From assembly GCA_963760795.1 (NCBI GenBank), contig CAVXEP010000022.1, positions 1-64,000 of the forward strand: 64,000 nucleotides of DNA, written 5' to 3'. Below the pieces are notes generated by a model. The model searched no databases. It worked only from the letters and a program-made list of their open reading frames with translations, and had not been told where the DNA came from. Numbering within the stretch: the stretch's first letter is position 1; each line of letters opens with the position of its first letter. Source of the DNA: an uncultured delta proteobacterium (lineage in GTDB: Bacteria > Desulfobacterota > Binatia > UBA9968). This document shows, one piece after another, positions 59,829 through 64,000 of the stretch. A program made the translations under genes and the position numbers.

Positions 59829-60579
59829 AGAAGCAGCCCAGCACCGGATGCCCGATCACAAACGCTTAGAACGGCAATCCCAAGTTCGGTTCCTTTGAAG
59901 GGCTGCGGTCCAAATGTACCGATTTACTAATGAATCATGCTGGCTGGGGGTGACATCCAGCATCGAGATTTTACTCTGACTCTTGCGTCGGTTGTGAAGA
60001 CTTCACCACTGTTTGCAGGTAATTTTCCGCTGTAGCACCGCAGGTATTTCCTGCGCTACTTTACGGTCGCTTGCGATTCACGCTGATACTCGCAAGCCTA
60101 TATTTCAAATCATAGTCCGCCTTCATCAACTGCAAGCGCTAAATCACCCGGAGAAGGCTTTTCGCCTAGGTTGCGACGTGAGAATCAGCACACCGCAGCG
60201 AGTCATCGAATTTCTCCAAGGACCGATAAATCGCGAACGGAGCACGCGGCTATGATACTCACGCTGGAGCAAGCTTATGCCCTCGGCATCCCTGAGTAGC
60301 TTTGCTTTCGAGGATAACAATGCTGCCAGTCCATCGCGCAACGCGGCCTCCCGAAGAGCTTTGTTACGTTCCTTGCAGTCTGCTGGATTTTGCCATCCGG
60401 CCGCGTAGCAGCTCCACATGGAGCCAGTTAGCCCAAGAATCCGCCATAAGTAGCTCCGCCGGGGAAGTCTTGGCCACGGCGCCGCTCAGGCATTGATCGT
60501 GCCGCGGCAACGACTGACGGTAATTACTCTCTTCCGGAACCACGATGGGACGTTAGATTAGAATGACGCTCGCTGTTGT

Positions 60580-60810
60580 GTGGCATTTGATACCATCAGA
60601 GCATTTCTGCCGGCCGACCAAAATAAGCAGCTAACCGAAGAGTTCGATGAGGCCAGTATGGAACACCGTCACGCTGACAAAGATCGGCCGTTTTTTTGGT
60701 TTTTTGCTAGCGCCCAGACTCGCGGGGCTCGATGCACCGACGGCGAATTTGATGGCGTCGACATGGTCGACAGTACCGCTTACGAGTTGACTATGGCCAA
60801 GCACCGGTAA
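60580..60810 (+). CDS. Small hypothetical protein or gene remnant
   Basis: Short ORF upstream of SRAP; no motif recognised. Confidence 0.3.
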   Translation: MAFDTIRAFLPADQNKQLTEEFDEASMEHRHADKDRPFFWFFASAQTRGARCTDGEFDGVDMVDSTAYELTMAKHR

Positions 60811-60857
60811 ACCGGATGAGGAAGAAAACCGGTTGACCGCGTGCTAGGATTGCCGCC

Positions 60858-61565
60858 ATGTGCGGACGGTTCACACAGACCTTCGACTTTCGCGAGATCA
60901 AAGTGCGGTGGAATATCGAGCGCGATCTCGAGTTCGCGCCGCGCTACAACATCGCGCCATCGCAAAAAGTGCCGGTGATCGTCACGGGCGAGAGCGGCAA
61001 TGAGGTGAGGATTATGAAGTGGGGCTTGGTCCCTTTTTGGGCGCCCGCCCCTTCCATCGGCAACCGAATGATCAACGCGCGCGCTGAAACGCTGATGGAA
61101 AAGCCCTCCTTTACGCACTTGGTCGAGCAGCGGCGCTGCCTGGTGCCGGCGGACGGTTTCTATGAATGGCGCCGTGAGGGAAACCGGAAGTTTCCCATGT
61201 TGATCCGCTTGAAAAAAAAAGAGGCGTTCGCCTTCGCCGGCCTGTGGGACTCGTGGCGTAACCCACAGTCGTCCGAGGATGTGCTCAATACCTTCACGAT
61301 CATCACGACCAAGCCCAACTCGATGCTTAAGCATATTCACGACCGCATGCCGGTGATCTACGATCAGGAAATGGGCAAGCAGTGGCTAGAGGATGTCGGG
61401 ACGTCCAGCTCGATGATGCTCGACGCGATACTGCAGCCGATGCCGGCAAATTACATGGAAGCCTACGAGGTCTCGAAGATGGTCAACGCGCCGGCCAATG
61501 ACCAGTCGGAGTGCGTCCAGCCGGTACCCGGCGGGCAAGTGTGGGATGGAGAAGATTACGTCTGA
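60858..61565 (+). CDS. SRAP/HMCES (YedK-like) abasic-site-protecting protein
   Basis: MCGRF, RYNIAP, WGL, INARAE, GFYEW, IHDRMP. Confidence 0.93.
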   Translation: MCGRFTQTFDFREIKVRWNIERDLEFAPRYNIAPSQKVPVIVTGESGNEVRIMKWGLVPFWAPAPSIGNRMINARAETLMEKPSFTHLVEQRRCLVPADGFYEWRREGNRKFPMLIRLKKKEAFAFAGLWDSWRNPQSSEDVLNTFTIITTKPNSMLKHIHDRMPVIYDQEMGKQWLEDVGTSSSMMLDAILQPMPANYMEAYEVSKMVNAPANDQSECVQPVPGGQVWDGEDYV

Positions 61566-61718
61566 AATTTCTGGCAGGGCAAGATCGATCGCGAGTCTCG
61601 AAGCAGGACACGGCGGGAGTCAAATGGCCCGGATCGCCGGCTAAGGTGCAATCCTAGTGAAACCTTGGCCGGCATCCGATGAAACGAGCGGCGAAACAGC
61701 GAAAAACAAGAGGAAAGT

Positions 61719-61795
61719 TGGTGGGCCCACCTGGACTCGAACCAGGGACCAACCGGTTATGAGCCGGTGGCTCTAACCAACTGAGCTATGGGCCC
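61719..61795 (-). tRNA. tRNA with CAT anticodon, most likely tRNA-Ile2
   Basis: GGGCCCATAGCTCAGTTGGTTAGAGC...CTCATAA...GGTTCGAGTCC...GGGCCCACCA; follows rpoD. Confidence 0.93.
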
Positions 61796-61857
61796 GTATC
61801 GATAGAGTCTTGAGTCTGGCGTTGAGAGCCTGGAGTGATATCCGAGAAAACCCGCGG

Positions 61858-63729
<1,872 letters not shown>

Positions 63730-64000
63730 TCTAGTATCCTTTCTCTCTTAGCAATATCATCACGTTTCTCTTCAGCGGCGCGTATGGCAATGCGCAAATC
63801 GCGCTCTTGGGTCTTTAAGTATTTGCGCTGTAAGTGGGTCAAGCAATCGCCGGCCATCTTGGCGCACTCGGCATCGGACGCGGTTCTCGGCTTCCAACAC
63901 CAAGGCGGCAAACTCGCTGACCAGCTCAGCCGGCAACTTCTGGGTGATCGCACCGATGTCGATGTTCCCTGTTTCTTGCCATTCCAAGATGATCGCGTCA

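Noticed and set aside
59930-60560. Short ORFs between the DUF4168-like gene and SRAP
   Set aside because: No motifs, no RBS and overlapping frames
61580-61710. Hairpin ccggctaagg...ccttggccgg plus gatga/gaaa as a hammerhead ribozyme or ncRNA
   Set aside because: The CUGAUGA core is absent; more likely a terminator-like stem between the convergent SRAP and tRNA genes

Overview
GC-rich bacterial chromosomal window. The gene content suggests Candidatus Binatia/Binatota (inference only). Positions 1-55.3 kb form a mosaic of catabolic genes: 16 substrate-binding proteins (12 SsuA/NMT1-THI5-like, 3 TctC/Bug-like, 1 Fe/polyamine-type) with no permease or ATPase anywhere in the window, 6 amidohydrolases, 2 bicupins, a CADD-like diiron enzyme, UbiD, a MetE-II-like protein, GMC oxidoreductase, MmgE/PrpD, alpha/beta hydrolases, a GH13 glucosidase and a stand-alone A-T protein. 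Several enzymes have lost canonical catalytic residues. Intergenic spaces are filled with several families of short-period (7/9-nt) tandem and palindromic repeats. One heptamer hairpin is interrupted by a ~1 kb antisense internal fragment of an IS1182-like transposase, and deletion scars of lost paralogs are visible. Positions 55.6-61.6 kb form a sigma54-type lipoprotein/otsB/kinase/SRAP block next to tRNA-Ile2(CAT)-rpoD-dnaG. Many single-base frameshifts, including one in dnaG, are probably sequencing errors. All protein calls come from motif recognition; no database searches were run.
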